A stretch of 64,000 nt of DNA, from contig OZ253375.1 of the NCBI GenBank assembly GCA_965261005.1, positions 192,001 through 256,000 on the forward strand, given 5' to 3'. Origin of the DNA: Deinococcus sp. (GTDB taxonomy: Bacteria; Deinococcota; Deinococci; Deinococcales; Deinococcaceae). The notes under the pieces were generated by a model, which saw only the letters and a program-made list of their open reading frames with translations, searched no databases and was not told the origin of the DNA. Below are positions 1 to 9,667 of the stretch, one piece after another (positions within the stretch are counted from its first letter, which is position 1; every line of letters begins with the position of its first letter). Position numbers and translations under genes: made by a program.

Positions 1-404
1 AGAACAGCGCGAACGGTCACATCTTTTTTGGTCTGCCCACCGTCTTCGGCGGGACGCTGGTGAGCGGCGTGCGGCTGGAGTTCCGTGACGGTCAGGTCGT
101 CTCGGCCAGCGCAGAAGAAGGGGAGGCCGCCCTCCTGGCCGCGCTGGAGACCGACGCGGGGGCGCGCTTTTTGGGCGAACTGGGCGTCGGCACCAACTTC
201 GGCATTCGGCAGCCCTCAAGAAACATCCTCTTCGACGAGAAGATCGGCGGCACGGTCCACTTGGCCCTGGGCAACAGCTATCCCGAGACCGGCGGCCGGA
301 ACGAGAGCGCCCTGCACTGGGATCTGATCTGCGACCTGCGCGCCGGCGGGCAGTTGCTGCTGGACGGCGAGCTGTTTCAGGACGGGGGTCAATTCGTCGG
401 CTGA
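1..404 (+). CDS. Aminopeptidase, M29 (AmpS/aminopeptidase T) family, C-terminal part; 5' end outside window
   Basis: [28 protein letters not shown] and NESALHWD motifs. Confidence 0.9.
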   Translation, partial: NSANGHIFFGLPTVFGGTLVSGVRLEFRDGQVVSASAEEGEAALLAALETDAGARFLGELGVGTNFGIRQPSRNILFDEKIGGTVHLALGNSYPETGGRNESALHWDLICDLRAGGQLLLDGELFQDGGQFVG

Positions 405-1708
405 AGGGCGCGGTACTCGAAGGTGGCCCCCAACTCCTCCAGGTGCCCGAAAAAGTCCGGGTAGCTTTTGCGGACGTGCTGCGCGCCGGTGATGGTCACG
501 GGCGCGTCCGTGCGCAAACCGATCAGCGTCAGCAGCATGATCATGCGGTGGTCGCCGTGCCCGTCCAAGGTGACGCCGCCGGGGATGCGCTCCCGCCCCG
601 TCAGGCTCAAGCTGTCCGGCGTCTCGCCCACCTGTACACCCAGCTTCTCCAATTCGCGGCGGGTGTCGGAGATGCGGTCGCACTCCTTGAGGCGCAGGGT
701 GGCGACGTTGTGCCAGGTGGTCGTGCCGGCGGCGTAGGCGGCGGCGGCCGTGAGCGCCTGCACCGCGTCGGTGAAGCGGTCGCCGTCCCGAGCGAGGGCG
801 CGTAGGGGAGACCCGCCGCGCACGGTCACGGCGTTCTCCCCCCGGGTGACGCTCGCGCCCATGTCGCGCAGCACCTCAACGGCCGCGCGCTCCCCTTGCA
901 GGTCGTCCGCGCGCAGCCCCTCCACCCGGACCTCGCCCGGAAGGAGGGCGCCCGCCACCAGCAGCGCCGCCGAGCCGGGATAGTCGCCGGGCACGCTGAC
1001 TTCACCGGCTCGGTAGCGCTGGCCGCCCGGAATTTGCACCCGCCGCAAGGTATCCTCAGCTTGGTACTCGATGCCGAAGGTGCTCAAGGTGTCGAGCGTC
1101 TGCCGCAACGGGGCCTCGCTCTTGATTTCACCCGTCAGGTGAAGGTCCAGGCCCTTCTCCAGCAGCGGCCCCAGAAAGAGCAGGGCGCTGGCGTACTGGG
1201 AGCTGCGCTCGGCGCTGACCGTGGCCTCGCCCCCCGCCACCGGCCCGCGCACCTGGACCGGCAGACGCCCGCCCTCGCTCTCGACGCCCGCGCCGAGTTG
1301 CCGCAGCGCCTCCAACAAGTCCCCCTGTGGCCGCCGGCCCAGACTGTCCGGAAAGTTGGTCACGAAGGTCGTCTCTCCCGCCAGCGCCGCCACGCCGATC
1401 AGGAGGCGCGCCACCGCGCCCGCGTTGCCGGGGTTGAGGGTCTGCCCGCTTCTGGGCTGGGCGCCGAAGCCGCGCACCCGCAGGGCGTCACCTTCAGGGG
1501 TGAGAGCAGCGCCCCACTGGCTCAAGCAACTTTGTAAGGCGCGGCTGTCCTCGCTTCCGGCGGGGCGGCGCACCAAGCTTTCTCCCTCCGCCAAGGCCGC
1601 CGCCAGCAGGAAGCGGGTGGTGTAGTTCTTGCTGGGCTGGGCGCTCAGCGTGCCGCGCAGCTCTTGGGCGGGGTGAACGACAACGTCAAAGGCGTCGGGC
1701 AGGGTCAT
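389..1708 (-). CDS. aroA: 3-phosphoshikimate 1-carboxyvinyltransferase (EPSP synthase)
   Basis: [31 protein letters not shown] and KSYP motifs. Confidence 0.95.
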   Translation of the reverse strand: MTLPDAFDVVVHPAQELRGTLSAQPSKNYTTRFLLAAALAEGESLVRRPAGSEDSRALQSCLSQWGAALTPEGDALRVRGFGAQPRSGQTLNPGNAGAVARLLIGVAALAGETTFVTNFPDSLGRRPQGDLLEALRQLGAGVESEGGRLPVQVRGPVAGGEATVSAERSSQYASALLFLGPLLEKGLDLHLTGEIKSEAPLRQTLDTLSTFGIEYQAEDTLRRVQIPGGQRYRAGEVSVPGDYPGSAALLVAGALLPGEVRVEGLRADDLQGERAAVEVLRDMGASVTRGENAVTVRGGSPLRALARDGDRFTDAVQALTAAAAYAAGTTTWHNVATLRLKECDRISDTRRELEKLGVQVGETPDSLSLTGRERIPGGVTLDGHGDHRMIMLLTLIGLRTDAPVTITGAQHVRKSYPDFFGHLEELGATFEYRALQPTN

Positions 1709-1811
1709 GAGGTTATCTTGGCGCCTCTTTTATGCGGCTTAAAAAGTGAGGCTAGACAGAGCTGGTCTTTCCCTGAAGTCAATCGAGTGGTAGTCCTGCT
1801 AAACTGGGAGG

Positions 1812-2204
1812 ATGACGGCAATTCGCTGGAAGCTTAGAACGACCTTAGAGGCGCGGGGCGTGACGGTCTACCAGCTCAGCAAGCACTTGGAAGGGCGGGT
1901 CAGCAAAAATACCCTGCACGCGGCGGCGCGCGGTGAGGTGGGCGGGGTTCAGTTTGAAACGCTGGCCGCCATCATGGACGGCGTTTGGGCGCTCAGCGGT
2001 CGGCCGGTCGCGCCCGACGAGGTGTTGGAAGTGACCTCGGGAGACGCCCACGACCTTGAGGCCGAGCGGGCGCGCCAGCGCGCCTTGGCCCTGCTGACCG
2101 GCGATCCGTGGGGCAAAAAGCCGCAGGGGAGCAAAGTACCGGCGCAGGTGAAGGGGCCGCCCACCGAGGAGTTGCTGCGCGAGCACCGGGGGCCTGCGCT
2201 CTGA
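1812..2204 (+). CDS. XRE/Cro-type HTH protein, probable antitoxin
   Basis: N-terminal HTH (WKLRTTLEARGVTVYQLSK...); directly upstream of a PIN gene; TAAACT -10 six nt before the ATG. Confidence 0.7.
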   Translation: MTAIRWKLRTTLEARGVTVYQLSKHLEGRVSKNTLHAAARGEVGGVQFETLAAIMDGVWALSGRPVAPDEVLEVTSGDAHDLEAERARQRALALLTGDPWGKKPQGSKVPAQVKGPPTEELLREHRGPAL

Positions 2205-2206
2205 GC

Positions 2207-2610
2207 GTGCCCGGTTCGCTGTTGTATCTCGACACTTCGGCGATGGCCCACCTGTACACCGACGAAGACCGGCGACTGCTGGTGCTTGCAGAACAGCAGT
2301 CGGCCGGCGGCGTGGTCGCCCACCTGATCACGTACGTCGAGATGCGCGCGACCTTGGCCGGGCGGGTCCGGCGCAGGTTGATGGCCCGGCGCACCTTTGC
2401 AGCGGCGCTCACCGATTTCGAGCGCGATTGGGACACCTTCGAGCATGTGTTGGTGGACGCGGCTCTAGTGAAGCGCGCGGGCGATTTGGCGCAGCGGCAC
2501 GCGCTGCGGGGCTACGACGCCCTTCACCTGGCGGCGTCCGCTTTCTGACCTTCGATGGGGCGCTACGTATGGCGGCCGTCGCCGAGTTGGGCGCCGCGCG
2601 GGTGGGCTGA
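2207..2610 (+). pseudogene. VapC/PIN-domain toxin, apparently frameshifted near 2540
   Basis: LYLDTSA...LRGYDALHLAAS ends at TGA 2548; the expected PIN tail FLTFDGALRMAA continues in another frame to 2610. Confidence 0.75.
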
Positions 2611-2621
2611 CCGTCCCCGCT

Positions 2622-3131
2622 TTACAGCCCCAACCGCTCGATCAAGGCCGGCGTGACCAAATGTGGGTCGGGCGGCGTGCATTTCCCGTGCGCGTTCATC
2701 CAACCCAGCGAGTCGAGGTCAAGGCCGCACTTGGCGACGTAGGTTCGCGCGTAGGCTTCCGCGAAGCCCTCGAAGGGCACCTGATAGTAGCTGCCCCACC
2801 TCTTGCCCTGACTCGTGAAGCCGCCGTGCGACAAGCTCAGCTTGCGCAAATCCAGGCAGTGGCCCAGCTCGTGCGCGACCAAATCCACCCTTTGGCGCCT
2901 GTCCCCCCCCTCGAAGTAGTCGCGGTCGAGCTGCACGAGGCAGGCGCTGCCCAGCGGGATGGTGCAGCCGACCAGCGCCGGCGAGCAAAAGACGAAGTCC
3001 TGGCTGCGCTTGAGAATGTAGCTGACGCGCGTGCCGTAGATAAAGGTGCCATTTTCGCCCGGCTGGGCCGGCAGAAAGGCGCACGACGCGAGCAGGGTGG
3101 CCAGGGGGAGGAGCCTTGAGGGGCGGAGCAT
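2622..3131 (-). CDS. Lipoprotein with HExxH zinc-metallopeptidase motif
   Basis: Lipobox LLASC; VAHELGHCLD and a downstream EGFAE. Confidence 0.65.
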   Translation of the reverse strand: MLRPSRLLPLATLLASCAFLPAQPGENGTFIYGTRVSYILKRSQDFVFCSPALVGCTIPLGSACLVQLDRDYFEGGDRRQRVDLVAHELGHCLDLRKLSLSHGGFTSQGKRWGSYYQVPFEGFAEAYARTYVAKCGLDLDSLGWMNAHGKCTPPDPHLVTPALIERLGL

Positions 3132-3169
3132 GGGGTCAGTCTAGGGCGTCCGTGGCAGGCTAGCTATTC

Positions 3170-4276
3170 CTACGTCAACACCGCTTCCGGCGCCACGCTC
3201 GGCAGGTCAAAGGCGTCCGCCACGCCCGCGTAGGTCAGCTGGCCGTGCATGGTGTTGAGGCCCTTTTTGAGGGCGGGGTTGCCGTCCAGGGCGTGTATAC
3301 CCTGGTCGGCCAGCTGGGTCAGGTAGGGAAAGGTCGCGTTGGTGAGGGCCAAGGTGCTGGTGCGCGGTACGGCCCCCGGCATGTTGGCGACGCCGTAGTG
3401 CAGCACGCCGTCCACTTGGTACACCGGGTCGTCGTAGGTGGTGGCGTGAATGGTCTCCACGCAGCCGCCCTGGTCCACCGCCACGTCCACGATCACGCTG
3501 CCAGTTTGCATGCCGCCCAGCATGTCGCGCGTGACCAGGTGGGGCGCCCGCGCTCCCGGAATCAGCACGCCGCCGATGACCAAGTCCATCTCGGGCAGCA
3601 GGGCGCGGATGTTGGCCTCGCTGCTCATCATGGTGGTCAGGCGGCCGAAGAACACGTCGTCGAGGTAGGCCAGGCGCTTCTGGCTCACGTCCAGCACGGT
3701 CACGCGCGCCCCCAGACCCATCGCCATCTTGGCCGCGTTGGTGCCGACCACCCCGCCGCCGATGATCAGCACGTGGCCCGGCTGCACCCCCGGCACCCCG
3801 CCCAGCAGCACGCCGCGCCCGCCGCTCGGCTTTTGCAGGTAGTAGGCGCCCGCCTGCACCGCCAGGCGCCCGGCGACCTCGGACATAGGGGTCAGCAGCG
3901 GCAGCGAGCCGTCGTCGAGCTGCACGGTCTCGTAGGCGACGGCGGTGGTCCCGCTCTCCATCAGCGCGTCGGTCAGCGGCCGGTCGGCGGCGAGGTGCAG
4001 GTAGGTGAACAGTAGCAGGTCGGGGCGCAGGTAGCCGTACTCGGCTGAAATCGGCTCCTTGACCTTCACGACCAGCTGGGCGCCCCAGGCTTCGGGGGCG
4101 GACACCAGCCGCGCGCCCGCGCCGGCGTACTCGGCGTCCGCGAAGCCCGAGCCGACGCCCGCGCCCGCTTCCACCAGCACCTCGTGTCCGCGCCGCGTGA
4201 GGGTGGCGACGCCGCCGGGCGTGAGGGCGACGCGATTTTCCTTGACCTTGATCTCTTTTGGCAGGCCGATCAGCAT
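3170..4276 (-). CDS. ald: Alanine dehydrogenase
   Basis: [43 protein letters not shown]; start placed at ATG 4276. Confidence 0.95.
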   Translation of the reverse strand: MLIGLPKEIKVKENRVALTPGGVATLTRRGHEVLVEAGAGVGSGFADAEYAGAGARLVSAPEAWGAQLVVKVKEPISAEYGYLRPDLLLFTYLHLAADRPLTDALMESGTTAVAYETVQLDDGSLPLLTPMSEVAGRLAVQAGAYYLQKPSGGRGVLLGGVPGVQPGHVLIIGGGVVGTNAAKMAMGLGARVTVLDVSQKRLAYLDDVFFGRLTTMMSSEANIRALLPEMDLVIGGVLIPGARAPHLVTRDMLGGMQTGSVIVDVAVDQGGCVETIHATTYDDPVYQVDGVLHYGVANMPGAVPRTSTLALTNATFPYLTQLADQGIHALDGNPALKKGLNTMHGQLTYAGVADAFDLPSVAPEAVLT

Positions 4277-4367
4277 GGATATTCCTTTCGGGGAAGAGCT
4301 TTCCAGAATGCTAGCAAGAACGGGATGTGTTTCGATTGCTTTTGTTGGGCTATTTCGTTCATTACGG

Positions 4368-4380
4368 GCAACATTGTTGC
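4368..4380. promoter_or_regulatory. Palindrome GCAACATTGTTGC, candidate Lrp/AldR operator
   Basis: Perfect 6-1-6 palindrome between divergent ald and the Lrp regulator. Confidence 0.45.
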
Positions 4381-4406
4381 TCAGGTGAACCCGTATCATT
4401 CACGCT

Positions 4407-4877
4407 ATGGCCCAAGTCCTCCTCGACACCACCGACCGCCGCATCCTCGCCATCTTGCAGGAGCGGGGCCGCATCCCGAACACCGAGCTGGCCGACGAGG
4501 TGGGCCTGACGCCGGCCCCCTGTCTGCGCCGGGTCAAGCGCCTGGAGGAGGAGGGCGTGATCGCGCGCTACGCCGCCCTGCTCGACGCCGAGAAGATCGG
4601 GCGCGGTCTGGTCGTGTTCGTCCACGTCACCCTCGACAAGCAGACCAAGCGCGGCTTCACGACCTTCGCCGAAAAGATGCGCGCCCAGCCCGAGGTGCTG
4701 GAGTGCTACTTCTGCCTGGGCGAGTACGATTTCCTGCTCAAGGTGGTGGTGCCCGACCTGGCGACCTACCAGCGCTTTCTGGTGGACGTGCTGGCCGCCA
4801 TGCCCGAGGTCAGCAACACCAACTCCACCATCGCGGCGGGGCAGGAAAAGCACACGATGGTGCTGCCGCTGGGGTGA
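4407..4877 (+). CDS. Lrp/AsnC family regulator (AldR-like)
   Basis: LDTTDRRILAILQERGRIPNTELA..CLRRVKRLEEEGVI; divergent from ald. Confidence 0.9.
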   Translation: MAQVLLDTTDRRILAILQERGRIPNTELADEVGLTPAPCLRRVKRLEEEGVIARYAALLDAEKIGRGLVVFVHVTLDKQTKRGFTTFAEKMRAQPEVLECYFCLGEYDFLLKVVVPDLATYQRFLVDVLAAMPEVSNTNSTIAAGQEKHTMVLPLG

Positions 4878-4881
4878 AGGG

Positions 4882-5817
4882 TTAGGCCCACGCCCGCACC
4901 ACCTTCAGCTGCTGCCCGTCCCCGTCCACCACCGCGACCAACTGGCCGTCCAGCGTCGCGGCGTGGCGGCCGACCACATCCGAGCCGGGCCGCTTACCCT
5001 CCCGCAACGCCTTGGCGGTTTCCGCGTCGAGTGCTAGGCGCGGCAAGTCCAGCGCGTCGAGATCATCTAATCCCGGCGCTGTCGGCAGCCCGTCGAGTTC
5101 GACGGCATCTTCCAAGCCAAACTGCCCCACCCGCGTCCTCGCCAATCCTGCCAAGTGGGCCGGCACGCCCAGCGCCGCGCCCAGGTCGCGCGCCAGCGAG
5201 CGCAGGTAGGTGCCGCTTCCCACCCGCGCCCACAGCAGCAGGGTGGGAAACCGGCCCAGCGGGGGCGGCAGATCAAAGGCGCGCCCAAAGGGGTCGGACC
5301 GCCAACTGCCGTCCGGGGCGGGGGAGAGGCGGCGGGGCGATTCATGCAAGGTGGCAGAGATGCCCAGCAAGTTCAAGCCGTGAATCACCACGCTTCTGGC
5401 CGGCAGGTCCAGGCTGCCGCCGGAGCGCGCCACCGCGTAGGCGCGCACGCCGCCGACGTGCAGGGCGCTGTACTGCGGCGGAATCTGCTGCTGAGGACCG
5501 AGAAAGTTCGGGAGGACGGCCTTTACCTGTTCCTGGGTCGGTAACTCCACGTTCGTCTGCTCACGGAGTGGCCCCTCGGCGTCCAGGGTGGGCGTCGCCG
5601 CGCCCAGCGAGATCCAGGCCAGGTAGTCCTTGCCGTCCCCCTCTAGAAATTGCACCAGCTTGGTGGACTCTCCCGCGCACAGCAGCAGCACGCCGGTCGC
5701 CAGCGGGTCCAGCGTGCCGGTATGTCCGATTTTCTTGGTGCCGAGCAGCCGGCGGGCGTGGGCCACCACGTCGTGTGAGGTGAGGCCCAGCGGTTTGTTG
5801 ACGACGTAGACGGGCAT
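4882..5817 (-). CDS. truB: tRNA pseudouridine(55) synthase
   Basis: KPLGLTSHDVV, GHTGTLDPLATGVL, GTYLRSLARDLG. Confidence 0.95.
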   Translation of the reverse strand: MPVYVVNKPLGLTSHDVVAHARRLLGTKKIGHTGTLDPLATGVLLLCAGESTKLVQFLEGDGKDYLAWISLGAATPTLDAEGPLREQTNVELPTQEQVKAVLPNFLGPQQQIPPQYSALHVGGVRAYAVARSGGSLDLPARSVVIHGLNLLGISATLHESPRRLSPAPDGSWRSDPFGRAFDLPPPLGRFPTLLLWARVGSGTYLRSLARDLGAALGVPAHLAGLARTRVGQFGLEDAVELDGLPTAPGLDDLDALDLPRLALDAETAKALREGKRPGSDVVGRHAATLDGQLVAVVDGDGQQLKVVRAWA

Positions 5818-5869
5818 GGGTCAGGGTCGCGCGCCGTCGTCCTCGCGTCAAGCGCCTTAGACTGGGCGG

Positions 5870-6229
5870 GTGCTGCGAATCGTCTTTATTCTGAGCGCCG
5901 CCCTGTTCCTGTTGGCGGGCGGCCTGCTGTACTTTCTGCCGGTGGGGGGCGCCGCCGGCCTGGCGGTCTCGCCCTTGTGGCCAGCGCGCGTGGCCGGGGC
6001 GGTGCTGCTCGCGTGGGGCGCGCAGCTGCTCTTCTCTGCCGCCCGGCCTAGTGCTGCCGCCGTGGGCGGTCTCGCCACCGGCAACCTGCTGGTGGCCGCC
6101 ACGCTGGTTCCGGCCGCCCTGCGCGGAACGGCCCCGCTGCCGCTGGTGGCCGTTCTGGGGGTCTGCGGCCTGTTGATCTTGCTGGCGCTGCTCGCCTTGG
6201 TATCGCCGCGCGAACGGGCGCGCTGGTGA
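5870..6229 (+). CDS. Small 4-TM membrane protein
   Basis: Four hydrophobic segments; TAGACT -10 six nt before GTG; GTGA overlap with the next gene. Confidence 0.7.
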   Translation: MLRIVFILSAALFLLAGGLLYFLPVGGAAGLAVSPLWPARVAGAVLLAWGAQLLFSAARPSAAAVGGLATGNLLVAATLVPAALRGTAPLPLVAVLGVCGLLILLALLALVSPRERARW

Positions 6230-6978
6230 GCGAGCGGCTGCAAAAAATACTGGCCCGCGCCGGCGTCGCCTCGCGCCGCCACGCCGAGGAGCTGATTCGC
6301 GCGGGCCGCGTCAACCTGAACGGCCAAGTCGCCATTCTCGGCAACCGCGCCACAGAGGGCGACGACGTGCGCTTAGACGGCTGCCCGCTCCAGCTGATCC
6401 CGGCCGCCCACACCACCCTGGCCTTGTACAAGCCGCGCGGCGTGGTGACCAGCGCCAGCGACGAACTCGGGCGCGCGGGCGTGCTGGACAAGCTGCCGCC
6501 CAGAGCGGGCCTGCACCCAATCGGTCGCCTGGACCGCGACTCGGAGGGGCTGCTGCTGCTCACGACCGACGGCGAGCTGACCTTGCGCCTGACCCACCCG
6601 CGCTACGGCCACGAAAAGGAGTACCGCGCCTGGACCGGGGAGCAGGTGACAGAGGATCAGCTGAGGCGGCTTGAGAACGGCGTCGAACTGGAGGACGGTC
6701 TCACCTCGCCGGCGAGGGTGCGCCGCGCCGAGGGGGGCCTCTTTATCACGTTGGGCGAGGGGCGCAACCGGCAGATTCGCCGGATGCTGGGGGCGCTGGG
6801 CCTGAGCGTGACCCGTCTGGTGCGGGTGCGCTTCGGCGGTTTGTTCCTGGGCGACTTGGAACCCGGCGAGTACCTGACGCTGGGCGAGGGCGACTTGGCC
6901 CGGTTGGAGGACAAGGCGCTGGTGGACCTGGAAGCGTGGCAAGCGCAGGAGCGGGAGACGCTGGAGCGCTGGGGCTAG
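6226..6978 (+). CDS. rRNA pseudouridine synthase, RsuA/RluB family with S4 domain
   Basis: ERLQKILARAGVASRR, GRLDRDSEGLLLLT, EGRNRQIRRM. Confidence 0.92.
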   Translation: MSERLQKILARAGVASRRHAEELIRAGRVNLNGQVAILGNRATEGDDVRLDGCPLQLIPAAHTTLALYKPRGVVTSASDELGRAGVLDKLPPRAGLHPIGRLDRDSEGLLLLTTDGELTLRLTHPRYGHEKEYRAWTGEQVTEDQLRRLENGVELEDGLTSPARVRRAEGGLFITLGEGRNRQIRRMLGALGLSVTRLVRVRFGGLFLGDLEPGEYLTLGEGDLARLEDKALVDLEAWQAQERETLERWG

Positions 6979-6997
6979 GCGAGCTATACTCCCCCAC

Positions 6998-7379
<382 letters not shown>

Positions 7380-7380
<1 letters not shown>

Positions 7381-7402
7381 CCCGCTTTGGCGGGGTTTTT
7401 TT
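7380..7402 (+). terminator. Intrinsic terminator after rnpB
   Basis: CCCCGC-TTTG-GCGGGG followed by a T run. Confidence 0.7.
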
Positions 7403-7778
7403 AAGCTTGCCGAACCGGCCGCTCGGCCTGCGACCCCCGGCGCGCGTCCAGCCAGACCAGACCCCAGCCGACCAGCTGCAACACACCGCCGATGGGGGTG
7501 ATGGCGCCCAGCGGTTTCACGCCGCTGAGGGCCAGGGCGTACAAGCTGCCCGAAAAGACGGCCGTGCCGCTCAGCAGCCAAAGGGGCGCCCGGCGTTGCT
7601 GGGGCTGCCCCCCCAGGGCCAGCAGCGCGAGGGCGTGGTACATCTGGTACCTCACGCCGATCTCGAAGGTATTCAGGGCGCTTTCACTCAGGCTGCCCCG
7701 CAGCGCGTGCGCCCCGAAAGCGCCGAGGGCCACCCCCAGGCCGCCCAGTGCGGCGCCATACAAGCTCGAACGGTTCAT
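7401..7778 (-). CDS. DUF423 (YgdD/TMEM256-like) membrane protein
   Basis: VALGAFGAHAL, RYQMYHALALL, FSGSLY, GAITPIGG. Confidence 0.9.
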   Translation of the reverse strand: MNRSSLYGAALGGLGVALGAFGAHALRGSLSESALNTFEIGVRYQMYHALALLALGGQPQQRRAPLWLLSGTAVFSGSLYALALSGVKPLGAITPIGGVLQLVGWGLVWLDARRGSQAERPVRQA

Positions 7779-7850
7779 GCGCCCAGTCTAGGGGGGGCGC
7801 TTCTTTTGACTGTGGCGGAATCCGGATGGTGGGAAAAAGGGAGCGTCACG

Positions 7851-7910
7851 GGGGTGAACGGGGGAAAATTGTGGGAAATGGTGGTAAACCGTGGAAGGCT
7901 CTGTTACACT
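7851..7910 (+). promoter_or_regulatory. mraZ promoter with MraZ-binding GTGG repeats at 10-bp period and TACACT -10
   Basis: GGGG/GTGG at 7851, 7861, 7871, 7881, 7891; TACACT at 7905-7910. Confidence 0.75.
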
Positions 7911-7999
7911 CCCCTCAGCCATAAAACAGCGCCCAGCCGGCACTGAGGCATTTTTCACGGGAAGAGCGTGGTGGGAATAGGTGGGGAAGCGGGGGAAGG

Positions 8000-8428
8000 G
8001 TGCCGTACGGTGAATATCCTTACGCCATTGACGACAAGGGGCGCGTGGTGATTCCGCCGGCCTTTCGCGAGTTCGTCGAGGACGGGATGATCCTGACGCG
8101 CGGCATGGAGGGCTGCCTGTACATCTTCCCCCTGGCCAGCTGGCGCCGGGTGGAGGAGCAGCTGGAGGGGCTGCCGCTGACCGACCGCGACAGCCGCGCC
8201 TTTGTGCGCTTCTTTTACTCGGGGGCCGCCAAGACCCGCCTCGACAACCAAAGCCGGGTGTCGGTGCCGCAGACGCTGCGCGCCTTTGCGGCCCTGGACG
8301 GCGAGGTGGTGGTGGCCGGCGCGCCCGGCCGCTTGGAGCTGTGGAGTCCTGCCCGCTGGGAAGCCGCCATCTCTGCCGTGCAGGACGATCCGCCCAAACC
8401 CGACCTGCTCTCCAACTTCACCGCCTGA
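8000..8428 (+). CDS. mraZ: Division/cell wall cluster repressor MraZ
   Basis: GEY..IDDKGRVVIP and LDNQSRVSVP repeats. Confidence 0.95.
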   Translation: MPYGEYPYAIDDKGRVVIPPAFREFVEDGMILTRGMEGCLYIFPLASWRRVEEQLEGLPLTDRDSRAFVRFFYSGAAKTRLDNQSRVSVPQTLRAFAALDGEVVVAGAPGRLELWSPARWEAAISAVQDDPPKPDLLSNFTA

Positions 8429-8429
8429 C

Positions 8430-9308
8430 ATGGAAACGCCCAAGATGACGACCCTGACCCACATCCCCGTGCTGGCCGCCGAGACGCTGGCGGCGCTCGC
8501 CCCCACGCCGGGGGGCGTCTTCGTGGACGGCACCCTGGGCGGCGGCGGCCATACGCGCGAACTGCTGGCAACCGGCGCGACGGTGTACGGCATAGATCAA
8601 GATCCGGTGGCCCTGGCCCGCCTGAGCGCCGAAAATTTGCCCGGCCTCACGCTGCTGGAGGGAAACTTCCGCGACATGCGCGAATTGCTGGGCGCCGTGA
8701 ATGTCACCGAGGTGGACGGCGTGCTGCTGGACATCGGGGTGTCCAGCTTTCAGCTCGACGACGCTTCGCGCGGCTTTTCCTACCACGCGGACGCCCCCCT
8801 CGACATGCGCATGTCGGGGGTGGGGGAGAGCGCGGCGGACGCCGTGAACAGCCTGCCCGAAGACGAGCTGGCCGCCCTGATCTACGAGTACGGCGAGGAG
8901 CGCCACTCGCGCCGCATCGCCCGCGCCATCGTCCGCGCGCGTGAGGACGCGCCCATTGCGACCACCCTGCAACTCGCCGACCTGATCAAGCGCGCCTACC
9001 CAGGGCCGTCGCGCGGCATTCACCCGGCGCGGCGCACCTTTCAGGCGCTCCGAATTCACGTCAACGACGAATTGGGGGCGCTGCGGGGGGGGCTGACGGC
9101 GGCGCGCGATTTGCTGAAGCCGGATGGGCGCCTGGCCGTGATCTCGTTTCACAGCTTGGAAGACCGCATCGTGAAGCGCTTTTTCCTGGCGGGGGAGGGC
9201 CTGACGCCGCTCACCAAGCGTCCCGTCACGGCCTCGGAAAGCGAGCAGGCCGCCAATCCACGCGCCCGCAGCGCCAAGCTGCGCGCGGCCGTGCGGGCGG
9301 CGGCGTGA
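8430..9308 (+). CDS. rsmH: 16S rRNA m4C1402 methyltransferase
   Basis: HIPVL, VDGTLGGGGH, DIGVSSFQLD, RTFQALRI, FHSLEDRIVK, NPRARSAKLR. Confidence 0.95.
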   Translation: METPKMTTLTHIPVLAAETLAALAPTPGGVFVDGTLGGGGHTRELLATGATVYGIDQDPVALARLSAENLPGLTLLEGNFRDMRELLGAVNVTEVDGVLLDIGVSSFQLDDASRGFSYHADAPLDMRMSGVGESAADAVNSLPEDELAALIYEYGEERHSRRIARAIVRAREDAPIATTLQLADLIKRAYPGPSRGIHPARRTFQALRIHVNDELGALRGGLTAARDLLKPDGRLAVISFHSLEDRIVKRFFLAGEGLTPLTKRPVTASESEQAANPRARSAKLRAAVRAAA

Positions 9309-9667
9309 GCGTGGCGCGCGAAAGCGGCGGCGCGGAAGCGCTGTGGCGCGCCCGCGCGCTGCGCTACGTCCTGCTGTACCTGCTGCTGGCCGGCGCGCTG
9401 GTGGGGCTGCGCTACCAAGGGCGAAGCGTCTACCCGGAACTGCGCGCGCTGCGCGATCAAAGGGCGGCGCTGCAACAGCGGCGCAGCGTGCTCGAACTGG
9501 ACGTCGAGCGCCAATCCTCCGGCGCGCGGGTGCGCGATTGGGCGCTGGAGAGGGGCATGTTGCCCTTCAGCCAAGCCCGGAAGCAGACCGCCACCTTCAC
9601 AGCCCTGCCCTCCCCGCCCGCCTTGCCCGCCGCCCATTCACCCAAGGTGAACACCGCATGGAAATAA
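9305..9667 (+). CDS. ftsL: FtsL-like cell division protein
   Basis: Single TM plus coiled coil, located between rsmH and the PBP gene. Confidence 0.7.
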   Translation: MSVARESGGAEALWRARALRYVLLYLLLAGALVGLRYQGRSVYPELRALRDQRAALQQRRSVLELDVERQSSGARVRDWALERGMLPFSQARKQTATFTALPSPPALPAAHSPKVNTAWK

